Shown piece after piece: positions 12,820 to 23,322 of a stretch of DNA of 64,000 bases. The notes under the pieces are model-generated. The model was not told the DNA's origin. It worked only from the letters and a program-made list of their open reading frames with translations, and made no database searches. The stretch's first letter is position 1. Every line of letters starts with the position of its first letter. The translations under genes and the position numbers were made by a program. Source of the stretch: Tubulanus polymorphus (Eukaryota; Animalia; Nemertea); NCBI RefSeq assembly GCF_964204645.1, contig NC_134036.1, positions 5,858,600 through 5,922,599 on the forward strand. Reading direction: 5' to 3'.

Positions 12820-13794
12820 ATGAGTCTGAACCGTACCTCGCGAGTGTTCCTCACTCGCACGTGGCAGAACGGCGTTTGGTACGCGTTCAATATCTACATC
12901 TATTTCTGGATGGTGACCGGTGTCGCCGGAAGCGCGCTGTCCGTAATCGTGCTGTTCCGCGTGCGTCGCGCTATAGACGCGTGCAGCTTTCAGTACCTGG
13001 TTCCGCTGGCTTTTTCCGATTCGATTTTCGTCGTGACTTTCTCGATGAAATCGCTGGAACGGATTCATATCGTGGCCGGTAATGTGCAAGGTAAATACAT
13101 GTTCTTCGTGATCAGCGATGTGGCCTGTAAGCTTGGTATGGTGCTCATCAATTTCGGTATAAAAACCTCCTCCTGGGTGCTGTTGTGTTTCGCTATCGAA
13201 CGCAGTGTAGCCGTGCTGGTGCCGTTACAAGTCGGTAGGCTGGTGACCCGGGCTCGACGCCGGTATTTGGTGTTGTCGATATTCGTCTATTTCACCATTA
13301 CCGAAGGTGCGATGAGTAACCAGTTTTACGTGAAGACATTGCACGGTCACGACGGAAGTATAACCCGAAATTGTCAGACATACATGCTCGCTAGCATTTC
13401 GACAAAAGTCAAGATCGTATATTCGTACGCGGTAACCATAATAATCCCGTTAAGCGGTTTTGCCGTATCCACCGCGCTGATCGCTGGTCAGTTTGCCAGA
13501 CGAGACGCCCGCTTCAAAAATACCTACACCTCCGAACAGGAACGCAGATGCGTGCGCAATCTGATTTGCATAGTCGTGGCGTATTTCCTGTTTAACATGC
13601 CGAATACGGCGTTCACGATTCTGCGCGGCACGTCAAGCGTGTTGTCGCGATTACCAGTGCATATGCTGCATTTTTCTATATTGTTAAGCGGCGTCCTGAT
13701 GATCACGAATAGCGGCGTGAACTTTTTCATTTACGTCGTCAATTTGAAATTGTTCCGCGACGAATTGACGCGTCTGATATTCGGGATTCGTTAA
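12820..13794 (+). CDS. Intronless rhodopsin-class GPCR, subfamily B copy 1 (peptide/FMRFamide-receptor-like, possible chemoreceptor)
   Basis: 324 aa with 7 hydrophobic segments, TM2 YLVPLAFSD, TM3 Cys and IERSVAV, TM7 NSGVNFFIY. Confidence 0.9.
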   Translation: MSLNRTSRVFLTRTWQNGVWYAFNIYIYFWMVTGVAGSALSVIVLFRVRRAIDACSFQYLVPLAFSDSIFVVTFSMKSLERIHIVAGNVQGKYMFFVISDVACKLGMVLINFGIKTSSWVLLCFAIERSVAVLVPLQVGRLVTRARRRYLVLSIFVYFTITEGAMSNQFYVKTLHGHDGSITRNCQTYMLASISTKVKIVYSYAVTIIIPLSGFAVSTALIAGQFARRDARFKNTYTSEQERRCVRNLICIVVAYFLFNMPNTAFTILRGTSSVLSRLPVHMLHFSILLSGVLMITNSGVNFFIYVVNLKLFRDELTRLIFGIR

Positions 13795-13860
13795 CCAGTT
13801 GCGCAGTCGATGATTTTTGATCTGAGTCAAAATCTTGGTTATATAAGACGCCAGTCAAAC

Positions 13861-15049
13861 GAAAATCATGTAGAAATTTTATTTTCCGTCTCGCAGGCGA
13901 TGTAATCGAGATTGTCGATCGCTTCAAGTATTTAGGAGTAATTTTTAACTATACCGGAAGCTTCGTTAAATGCCGAAAAGCGTTATCTGACAGTGCAACA
14001 AAAGCGCTATTTCACGTATTGAGAAAAATCCAAGAATTAAGCCTAAACATTGATGTGAGCCTCCAGCTCTTTGATACGTTAGTTAAACCTATTCTGACAT
14101 ATGGCTGTGAAATCTGGGGTAACGAAAATATTAAAATCATCGAAAAGGTACATCTTACTTTCTGTGAATACATTCTAAAACTAAATCGCAGCGCCCCAAG
14201 CGTGATGGTCTACGGCGAATTAGGGAGGCCCCCTCTAGAAGTAGAAATTAAGGCACGTATGGTTAAATTTCGGGCAGGTCTGGTGATGAAGAATGGATCC
14301 ACTTTTTCTAGTAGAATGTACAACGCAATTTACCGAGCATATCTGGATGAAGGAACCCTTTCCAAATATTCTGGAGGAATGTGGAATGGCAAACATCTGG
14401 CAGAACCAACAAGCTCAACCCTTCGTTATAAATATAGACTTTATCTTTCACTCTGTCAAGCATAGATTAACTGACCAATATATACAAAAATGGCGCGCAG
14501 AATGCGCCAACTCCCCTAAAGCTGTCACATACTGCCGCATTAAAACAAACTTTGAACCGGAATGGTATTTATTAAATTTACAGGCTAACCATAGAATTAC
14601 TTTATGTCGTTTCCGTTGCAGCAACCATAGCTTACCGATTGAGATAGGGCGCCGTCATCGTATTGCTCGAGAAGATAGACTATGATGTATGAAGTGTAAC
14701 ACCCAAACCCTGGGGATGAAAGACATGCCATTTTAGAATGCCCTGTATATGCGAATGAAAGAGCGCGCCTTTTCTCGCGTTACTATTGGGGGGTACCAAC
14801 AATAGAAAACCTGGGGGAACTTTTCAATACGCACAAGCTGGCGGTAAAACTAAGTAACTTTTGTAAATAAGTTTGGGGTGCGTAAACGAGGCCCCGTAAT
14901 ATTTATCCAGCATACATGTATATGTGTCTCTTTACGTAAACTTGTCAACGATTTGCTTCGCTGTACAATGCCATCCACTGTTAAAATGAAATGTGTGAAT
15001 GTTCTGTGCAAAACATGTTTTTGTGGAACAATAAAAATGAAATGAAATG
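13861..15049 (+). mobile_element. 5'-truncated, degenerate non-LTR retrotransposon (LINE, RTE-X-like) 3' end
   Basis: RT C-terminal motifs FKYLG, LFDTLVKPILTYGCEIWG, VYGELGR, RFRCSNHSLPIEIGR and a C-terminal Cys/His motif, with frameshifts and stops. Ends in AATAAA plus a (TGAAA)n tail. Flanks rejoin to match the 3' flank of paralog 20805-21779, with a short aac duplication. Confidence 0.88.
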
Positions 15050-16556
15050 AACAGCTAAGCGAAATCGTATTTTTTTCTAAAGCTATTATTTAACAACTTA
15101 AGACCCGTCTAAGCTCGTTTTAGTTCTAGCGTCAGTCTTAAAATACTTAATATTTTGTTCTTTATATTGGTTTTCTGTTTTGACCTAAAATTTACCATTT
15201 TTTAGCTTTAAGTCGCGACTTCGCTGTGGCTGGACCCTCGTAATATCCGTCTTGTATATCTGAATTGAAACAGGTATCGAACTAGGTCAATCTGTCAGCT
15301 GGTCAGATGTGTCACTTTGTCCAATTCGCTTTAGACTGAACCTTAAAACAGATATTTAAAAAAATAAATAACATTCATCAATTCCCAGCAATGTCTCCTG
15401 ATGCCTTCTGAAATATTTGTATGTATTTCGAAAATAGGTCACGTACCCCATATTTTCAAATAACAATTCAAATTCCTTTATTGATCATTAACGTTACAGA
15501 ATATCGTCGGTAAAGGAATTACCATAAAGTAACACACGCGAGACAAATATACAAGGTGTATTACAATGAAACGAGAGGAAGTTGGAATACGAGCATAACG
15601 ACGATAAATAGGAGATGAGAATTCAGCTTTATACATCTGAAACTGAACCTTTTAACGTAATGACGGGTGTGTTGATACAACGTGAGATTGAAAGGCAGAC
15701 TCGAACGCATACATATCAAGATTGGTTGAGATGAGTTTACTAAACATAGTTAGAAGGGGCCCCCGTACAGTAGGTCATGAAAGACGCTAGTGACGCACGG
15801 CCATTTCTTAATGCATTCAACAACAAATCTACAAACAGAAAAAAGAAATATATAAAACCACTCGTGTGACAGCCGGCTTCTGTGAGTAAGTTTGAAACGA
15901 TTCTTATTTCATATACTTCATCCAGATTCCTGTTGTCCGACTAACTTGGCTGGTAATAATACTATTATACTATTATTTACTTGGATTACTATTTTCGAAT
16001 GTGCATACGATGATACGGCTATTACTAATTTTCCATTGAATGTTCTAACTGAAATGATATCAATTCACAGAGAATCGCATTTTCTTTTCATCAGAAATAG
16101 ACAAATTCTCGAACGGATCAACTAGATTGTGTACAAGCGATGGTGTAATGGGCTCGAACTCGGGACCTCCGGTATCTGGGATATTTTGCCCGATGCATTG
16201 GGCCACGGATTAGGCGCCATTGTTTTGCTCACAGGTAGCATATAGCATATTTTGCTTTATCATTTTGAACTCGGCGAAAACGATTCGATGCATCCACAAG
16301 TATTTCACAACCCGTTCAGATAATTTAATAGAAAATATTTCACCAGTAACGGTGAATTTTTTCTGAGCCGATGTTTTATCCAATTTAGTTACATTCGAAT
16401 AATCAGTACATTTCGCAAAATGTGAGTGAATGCGTCAGATTCCTGAGAGATGCGAACAATGAATTGCGAGTTTCCATAAATATGACATTATTACTTTAAG
16501 GTGTCGGTCTATTGATACCGCCAGTCCGCACCGCCAAGAGTTAACTGTCGTGAATC

Positions 16557-17507
16557 ATGAATTCTACTCAAATGCAAATCGGTCGAACTTATAACGGTTA
16601 CATTCTTCTCATGTCCGTCGTTAACAAGTCTGGAATCTACCGTACGGCGTCTTTCGTCATTCTGCCTATCGTGTTCCTGCTAGGAGCATTCGGAAATTCA
16701 GCTACTTTCCTGATGATGATAAGTCGCAGATTTCGTGGTTTATCTTACGCAAACTATCTGATCGTTTTGTCGATCACCGATTCCATGTATTGCATCAATT
16801 ATGCGTTGATGCCGGTTTTACAGTTTGTTCTGTTGCACGTTAAAGATGGTCCTTTATTCATCATGAATTCACAGATCAGCTGTCAAATCTATGAATTCGT
16901 AACGGTACTTAGTGTTAGTAATAGTTCATGGTTAGTAGTAGCTTTATCTCTAGAACGCGCGGCAGTTGTTCTCTTCCCGTTCACATCTCGTTTGATATGT
17001 ACACCGAGATTCGCTAGATTTGCTATATTGATAATTACCGCAGTGAACGTACTGATTCTATATCTTCTACCAACATCGTCGATATATTTTTCCGATAAGT
17101 TTTTCGGATGCTACCATTCATTATTTGACCAAATAACACTCTTCACTGGTATTGTCATCCACGTCAATCTATTACCTTTAACTTTGATTATAACATCAAA
17201 TTCTGTAATAATAGCTCAGTTGTTCAGAGGTTCAAAAATGGTTTCGTCCGATCAGAAAACTACAAAATCGAAACGTACGACGATAATGCTCGTAACAGTT
17301 TCACTAGCGTTTGCAATATTTACACTTCCAACCACTATCACTACATTTTTACCAATCCCTACGGGACAGAGAGATTTTCTATATGATATCTTCAACCAAT
17401 GGCAGGCTTGTAATTACGCAGTGAACTTCTACATATATCTTTTACTGGGGCGAGAAATTCGCGAATATTTCTGTACGAAAATCCGTTGTCGAAATTCGGT
17501 CAAATAA
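16557..17507 (+). CDS. Intronless rhodopsin-class GPCR, subfamily A
   Basis: 316 aa; TM1 GAFGN, TM2 YLIVLSITD, TM3 SLERAAVVLFP, TM6 FAIFTLP, TM7 NYAVNFYIY. Confidence 0.9.
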   Translation: MNSTQMQIGRTYNGYILLMSVVNKSGIYRTASFVILPIVFLLGAFGNSATFLMMISRRFRGLSYANYLIVLSITDSMYCINYALMPVLQFVLLHVKDGPLFIMNSQISCQIYEFVTVLSVSNSSWLVVALSLERAAVVLFPFTSRLICTPRFARFAILIITAVNVLILYLLPTSSIYFSDKFFGCYHSLFDQITLFTGIVIHVNLLPLTLIITSNSVIIAQLFRGSKMVSSDQKTTKSKRTTIMLVTVSLAFAIFTLPTTITTFLPIPTGQRDFLYDIFNQWQACNYAVNFYIYLLLGREIREYFCTKIRCRNSVK

Positions 17508-17611
17508 TCATTGGACCTCGAGTTTCCTCCACTTGACTGATGACAGCTGATTGCAGTTCAGTAAATTAATTCATGTTGTAAAAATCCGGCTAAACTAAAG
17601 ATTGAAATATA

Positions 17612-17795
17612 TCAATCTGATTTGCATAGTCCTGTTCAACATGCCCGATAGGGTTCATCATCCTCCGCACGGCATGTCGAGCATGCTATCGGGATTGCAT
17701 CCGTTGTATATTTCCATATCGATCAGCCGAGTTATGATGAACTTAAATAGTGGCATCAACTTTGTTATTGACGCGTCTTCGGGATTCGGTAACTA
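17612..17795 (+). pseudogene. Degraded 3' fragment (TM6-TM7) of a subfamily B GPCR
   Basis: caatctgatttgcatagtc...aacatgcc...aatagtggc..aacttt...gacgcgtc..ttcgggattcg matches 13557-13794 with deletions. Confidence 0.75.
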
Positions 17796-18367
17796 TCACC
17801 AGTTACTAGCTGGTGGCCCACTTGTACAGGCTATGTTTCGAGACCATGTTGATTACGCGTGAAGCCAATCTAACAACATAAAATCAGTCAAATCGAAGTT
17901 CGTTTACGGGCATTTACAACTTTAGATCAGTCTTTTCAATTATTTTTGCCAACGTCAGTCTCGCTACTTGAATACTTTGGTTTTAAATGGCCAAAGAGCG
18001 TGGCGACTAACCTGGGAATTTTGGTTGTAAAAGATAATATTCTGCAAAAGGTCAGGGGCTTTCGTTGACATCGCCAGATCGCGCGTAAAATAAACAGTTT
18101 TCGTCTATGTGGTATGCATTTGATTGTGCTAATGGAATTGATTCTTAGCAGACCAAATCAGGGAAAATAATGTGCATGTCAGGGAACAGTCAGGGGAAAA
18201 GGAAGTTAGTGGCCGCTAGGCCAAAGATTTCGAACTCAATTCCGTTTTAGATGAAAGTGCTGAAGTTGCCTCAACAACTGTGCACATTCTTCAGGTATCT
18301 CCTGATTGGAACTGGTGTCTATAAAGTGAATATTGTCAAACGACGCGTTAACACGGCAATAGTGAAA

Positions 18368-18900
18368 GGATGTATTTACACCGCGGATGAGGTTTAAACC
18401 CCGCCTTCTCAGTGGTGGTTGTCGGGTCCGATCCGTTGAGGGCGAGGAACTCAGCGCCAACCGATACATTTTCTACGACCATCATTTCAGTCGTCGCAAT
18501 GAAGCACAGTCACTGGTCGTTAATAGAGAAACTATCGGTTTATAATTCCATGTCTATTATTCTGCAGTATCGCAGTTACTAAGAATTGCGTTGAAGCCGA
18601 GGGGTAAGAAGTTGATGAAATGCTACAGTGCTTGAGTTGACGCCCGACACCGAAGATAAAAAACCTGCAATTTCAATGCAGCGAACTTCTAACCAACCAT
18701 CAATTCCGGAAAGATGGAAATAGCTAGATCCGAATCGACAGTGCTGAAAAACCTATGCGCATATAACTTACTGTTGAATAGATGATATATGTAAGATATG
18801 TGCACAAAATAGATTTCAACAACCGATTGCTTCTTCGTATGTTTTCTGCCCCCACCCGGTTTGACTTTTAGGTGTCCCAACTAAACCGAGTTAGATACTA
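18368..18900 (-). pseudogene. 5' fragment plus upstream flank of a subfamily C GPCR
   Basis: ggatgtatttacaccgcggatgaggtttaaaccccgcc...gcgccaaccgatacattttct matches 40567-40687; the following ~400 bp resembles 40690-41170. Confidence 0.8.
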
Positions 18901-18924
18901 AATGTTCTCTTGCTTTCTTATCTA

Positions 18925-19100
18925 ACTAAGAGACAGAGTCTAACGTATTTTTCAAACTAATACTCAGTATTTTGACATCAACTCGGGATAGAATTTGACC
19001 CGACTCAGAGTGTATTGTATTTCACAACCTCGACATCACCTCGCGGGTAGAATTCTTCCTCATCTTTACCACAGTAAAATACAGAGTCTACGGTATTTGA
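18925..19100 (-). repeat. 92-bp satellite family, degenerate reverse copies
   Basis: agagacagagtcta...tactcagtattttgacatcaactcggg.tagaat. Confidence 0.75.
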
Positions 19101-19275
19101 AAATATTAAAGGGGAACTGCAGCGACAAAACTATGATTGGCCCATTAATTTCTACTCGTGTTGTAAGACACGAATGTCAACTTAACAGCATCTGGAGTCT
19201 GATCATATACTATAAGCAAGCATATTTATTGAAAAACTCTGAGAATCCTAATCATGACTTTTGCCATATCAAATG

Positions 19276-19608
19276 CAGGCCCGTACCCAGGGGGGATGCG
19301 TTGGGTGCGAACTATTATATAGATTATAGACTGTCAATTCGCCAGTCTCCATAAACGAAGGATGATAATCCAGTATACATTGTTGGATTAGTAGACCTTA
19401 TATTAAATACTTATTCTGAATATGTTTTGAGGATAATTGCAATTTTTCATTGATATTTTTTATATGAAATCTTCAAATTTGGCCGAAAATGCATCTAGAA
19501 CGTTTCTATTTTCAAAATTTTCCCGAACCCCCTGAAGGAGCTTGGCGGAAGGAGTTTCACCCTCTCTAAATTCGCACCCACCCAAAAGAGAGGTAACGTA
19601 CGGGCCTG
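19276..19608. mobile_element. MITE (333 bp)
   Basis: TIR caggcccgtac ... gtacgggcctg, subterminal gggtgcgaa/ttcgcaccc, direct repeat aaatg on both flanks. Confidence 0.7.
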
Positions 19609-20804
19609 AAATGGTTGTAATGTATAGTTAAACGTATTTCAAATATAAGCTTTTTCCCAAATTCACAATACCATACGCCGTGCAATGCAGTTCGGATCTC
19701 TTTGCCTTAAAGGACACCGCGGCAAACGGGATTTAAACAAATCCCTTTCCACGACTGGAAAATAAAACCACCTGTGAGCAAAATATCTTGCGCGTAGGAG
19801 ATGTTTGAGGGTTCGGTATTTAAACCTTAATTTCTCGAGGCGAATGGTAATTATTTTCGAGGCACATCGACCGGCAAGTTTGCGTCGATTTAAACCTCGG
19901 TAACCCCTAAATTTTGCAATCCTGGTAATTTTAATTCCGACAGTGTCGTGCTAATTCAGATCTATTGCGATTTTCTACTTTGCCAGATATACTCAAAACC
20001 ACTTTTTAAACGCAGCCTGGCCTAAGACATCAGACATTTGTAAAGCCGAAGGCTATTGATCAAAAGTCTCACGAAAGATGTTTACCTATTTTGTCAGGTA
20101 GATCTAACGTTGGTAGCCATCTTCTCAGATGTTCTAAAAAAGCTTCTAACAATCTTCATCTTCGAAATGACCCCCATCACAACAGAAGACATCTAATACG
20201 ATGTCATTATTCAACTTGTACGACGTCATAGGGGGATTCCGAAGGCGGCCATCATTTATGATTGATTCTTAGTTTAAGGAGCAAAACGCACTATTATCAG
20301 AAGAACAACAACAATGGCTTTGTTGGCAATGACTATTCATTGCTGGTATGTATACTTTCTCTGATGATGTGCGCCTAGAAGGTTCCATGCGCATAAATAT
20401 TTTGAAATGTCAGCTTATTTTTTTTCAAAGAGTAGCTTTCAAGTGTGCGTTTAAAATCCTTACGAACGGTGTCATACATTCATCTAATGGTCTACTACGA
20501 GTGGAAACGCATTAACAGCTTCTAGTTAGTAGTCTTCTTATTTGTTCGTTTGAAATACGATTCGAACAAAGCGCATCCATTATCGCTGGGGGAGACAGCC
20601 GCTGTTCTCCAGGAATGTCGATCGCGCGGATAAGAAATTGAAGCGACGATTACTAAGATCTGCCGGAATAACGGTGTGTCGCGTCGACAGCAGCGGGTTT
20701 CGTGTGACCAGTCTACCGACCTAGCGACCGCTGGGGACCAGAGTGAGCCGTGACGAAATAGACGTAGCGAGCCAACGAGTGACGAGGCTCTTATTTCCGG
20801 CGGG

Positions 20805-21779
20805 ATGAGTCTGAACCGTACCTCACGAATGTTCATCACTCGCACGTGGCAGAACGGAGTTTGGTACGCGTTCAATATCTACATCTATTTCTGGATGGTG
20901 ACCGGTGTCGCCGGAAGCGCGCTGTCCGTAATCGTGCTGTTCCGCGTGCGTCGCGCTATAGACGCGTGCAGCTTTCAGTACCTGGTTCCGCTGGCTTTTT
21001 CCGATTCGATTTTCGTCGTGACTTTCTCGATGAAATCGCTGGAACGGATTCATATCGTGGCCAGTAATGTGCAAGGCAAATACATGATCTTCGCGATTAG
21101 CGATGTCTCCTGTAAGCTTGGTATGGTGCTCATCAATTTCGGTATAAAAACCTCCTCCTGGGTGCTGCTATGTTTCGCCATCGAGCGCAGTGTAGCCGTG
21201 TTGGCTCCGTTACAAGTCGGGAGGCTGGTGACCCGGGCTCGACGCCGGTATTTGGTGTTGTCGATATTCGTCTATTTCACCATTACCGAGGGCGCGATGA
21301 GCGGCCAGTTTTACGTGAAAACCTTGCACGGTCACGACGGCAGTATAACACGGAATTGTCAGACATACATGCTCGCAAGCATTTTGACAAAAGTCAAGAT
21401 CGTATATTCGTACGCGGTAACCATAATAATCCCGTTAAGCGGTTTTGCCGTATCCACCGCGCTGATCGCTGGTCAGTTCGCCAGACGAGACGCCCGCTTC
21501 AAAAATACCTACACCTCCGAACAGGAACGCAGATGCGTGCGCAATCTGATTTGCATAGTCGTGGCGTATTTCCTGTTTAACATGCCGAATACGGCGTTCA
21601 CGATTCTGCGCGGCACGTCAAGCGTGTTGTCGCGATTACCAGTGCATATGCTGCATTTTTATATATTGTCAAGCGGCGTCCTGATGATCACGAATAGTGG
21701 CGTGAACTTTTTCATTTACGTCGTCAATTTGAAATTGTTCCGCGACGAATTGACGCGTCTGATGTTCGGGATTCGTTAA
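20805..21779 (+). CDS. Intronless rhodopsin-class GPCR, subfamily B copy 2
   Basis: 324 aa, near-identical to 12820-13794. Confidence 0.9.
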   Translation: MSLNRTSRMFITRTWQNGVWYAFNIYIYFWMVTGVAGSALSVIVLFRVRRAIDACSFQYLVPLAFSDSIFVVTFSMKSLERIHIVASNVQGKYMIFAISDVSCKLGMVLINFGIKTSSWVLLCFAIERSVAVLAPLQVGRLVTRARRRYLVLSIFVYFTITEGAMSGQFYVKTLHGHDGSITRNCQTYMLASILTKVKIVYSYAVTIIIPLSGFAVSTALIAGQFARRDARFKNTYTSEQERRCVRNLICIVVAYFLFNMPNTAFTILRGTSSVLSRLPVHMLHFYILSSGVLMITNSGVNFFIYVVNLKLFRDELTRLMFGIR

Positions 21780-23148
21780 CCAATAGCGCAATTGGTGATT
21801 TGATCTGAATCAAAATGTTGTTTATGTAAGAAGTCAGTCTAACAGCTCGGTTAAATGGTATTTTGTTTCTAAAAGCTGCAACTGTACCGTCGTCATATTC
21901 GTCCGGGTTACTCGTAATTGGAACTGGTATCAAAGTGAATTGTCCGTTTTCCAGTAAAACCAAACGACATTCAAAGATAGAAATTATGACAAACGCACAA
22001 ACAAACAAAAAATTAAACAAGAAACACAGTCATCTGTTATATAAAATAGTTTTATGTATTTGAAATTGTTGAAATTGTTTCAAATATAGGTGACGTATAG
22101 TTATTATATATGATTACCTAATTCCGTATTACTTACAATACGCGCCGTACGCAATCCGAACCATATGATACTAAAGACGCCCTGTTTAAAAAGTTTCGAA
22201 TATATTCCCTTCAACGACAACTACAAAAATAAAAAATATAGCCGCCAAGCAGCGTAAACGAAAGGGAAAATAGGAATTGAAAACCTCATTGCCGAGGATT
22301 CGAAACAGAGATTGGGAACATGAAACAGGCGCGACCTTTGGTGCTAAGAATGCCCCGGTCAAAATGTTTCGAATATATTCACTTCAACGAGAGAAATATA
22401 AAAAAATAAGGCGAAACGTTATTTTTTTCAATTGAATCATTTTATCTTATATCCTATTTAGATTGCTCGTGAAACGTGTCCATTTGATATTTAATTGAAT
22501 CACATTTCATCTTATATCCGAATGTATTCCCTACGAGAGGGCAGCAGCTTGCCACTTATCACATAGTTTCGTATTTGATATGAATATAGTTTTTTTCTAA
22601 GAATCGAGTTGAAGAGTTGTCTAAGTACATAGTTACTAAATAAAAGACATTTGAATCGTATACGATGCCCCTTTCTTACTTATTGCCAATACATTCAACA
22701 TTTCGTTTAGATTTTCGAAAAGAATCTGCAGTATATCGATAATCACTAAAACCTAAACCTAAATATACGAAAACTTTAGCAGAAAGTAAATCAGATATCT
22801 CAATGGAAACTCGCGTGGTCATATTTCAATATATCCGGGTGGCAGAAATCGAGTTCGAAGTTGATCGCAAAATCAACAGCTTATCTCCACAATACCGCCA
22901 TCGCAAGGGCGATTTTGACCCAGGCTAAATTGTTCCCGTTTTACATCGAGTCCTTCTTAGTGTTTACTTGTTTTGGATTCGACACGCCTCGCTTGCCACA
23001 GCATCGTTTTAGCAGCAGCTTTGTATCGAATTTGTGGTTTAATTTGGCTCTGATGCGCCGCACTCATTTGGCCCGGGGCAAATCTACTCCGTGCGATCGC
23101 GGCTAACGCTCGTCTAGCGGGATAGCCCGAATTAGGAATGACGCCGTC

Positions 23149-23322
23149 CTAAACCGCGGCTATGGTCGTTCTCGTGTCTCTCGTCAACATGGGCGGCTTT
23201 GTCGACGGTCGACGCGTCAGTCGGTTCTTTTTGTCGGCGATGAAATCTTTCTCGACGTCTAGCAGCTCCTCGACCAGGTCGCGTCGGCCGGTGCGGCTCA
23301 GGCACTTGCGCAAAATCGATAC
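23149..23322 (-). CDS. DTHD1-like terminal exon
   Basis: VSILRKCLSRTGRRDLVEELLD...IAAV-TAG. Confidence 0.85.
   Translation of the reverse strand, partial: VSILRKCLSRTGRRDLVEELLDVEKDFIADKKNRLTRRPSTKPPMLTRDTRTTIAAV

Noticed and set aside
12499-13089. 196-aa minus-strand ORF and similar ORFs overlapping GPCR, CDO and DTHD1 exons
   Set aside because: Antisense or alternate-frame shadows of real coding sequence with no recognisable motifs.
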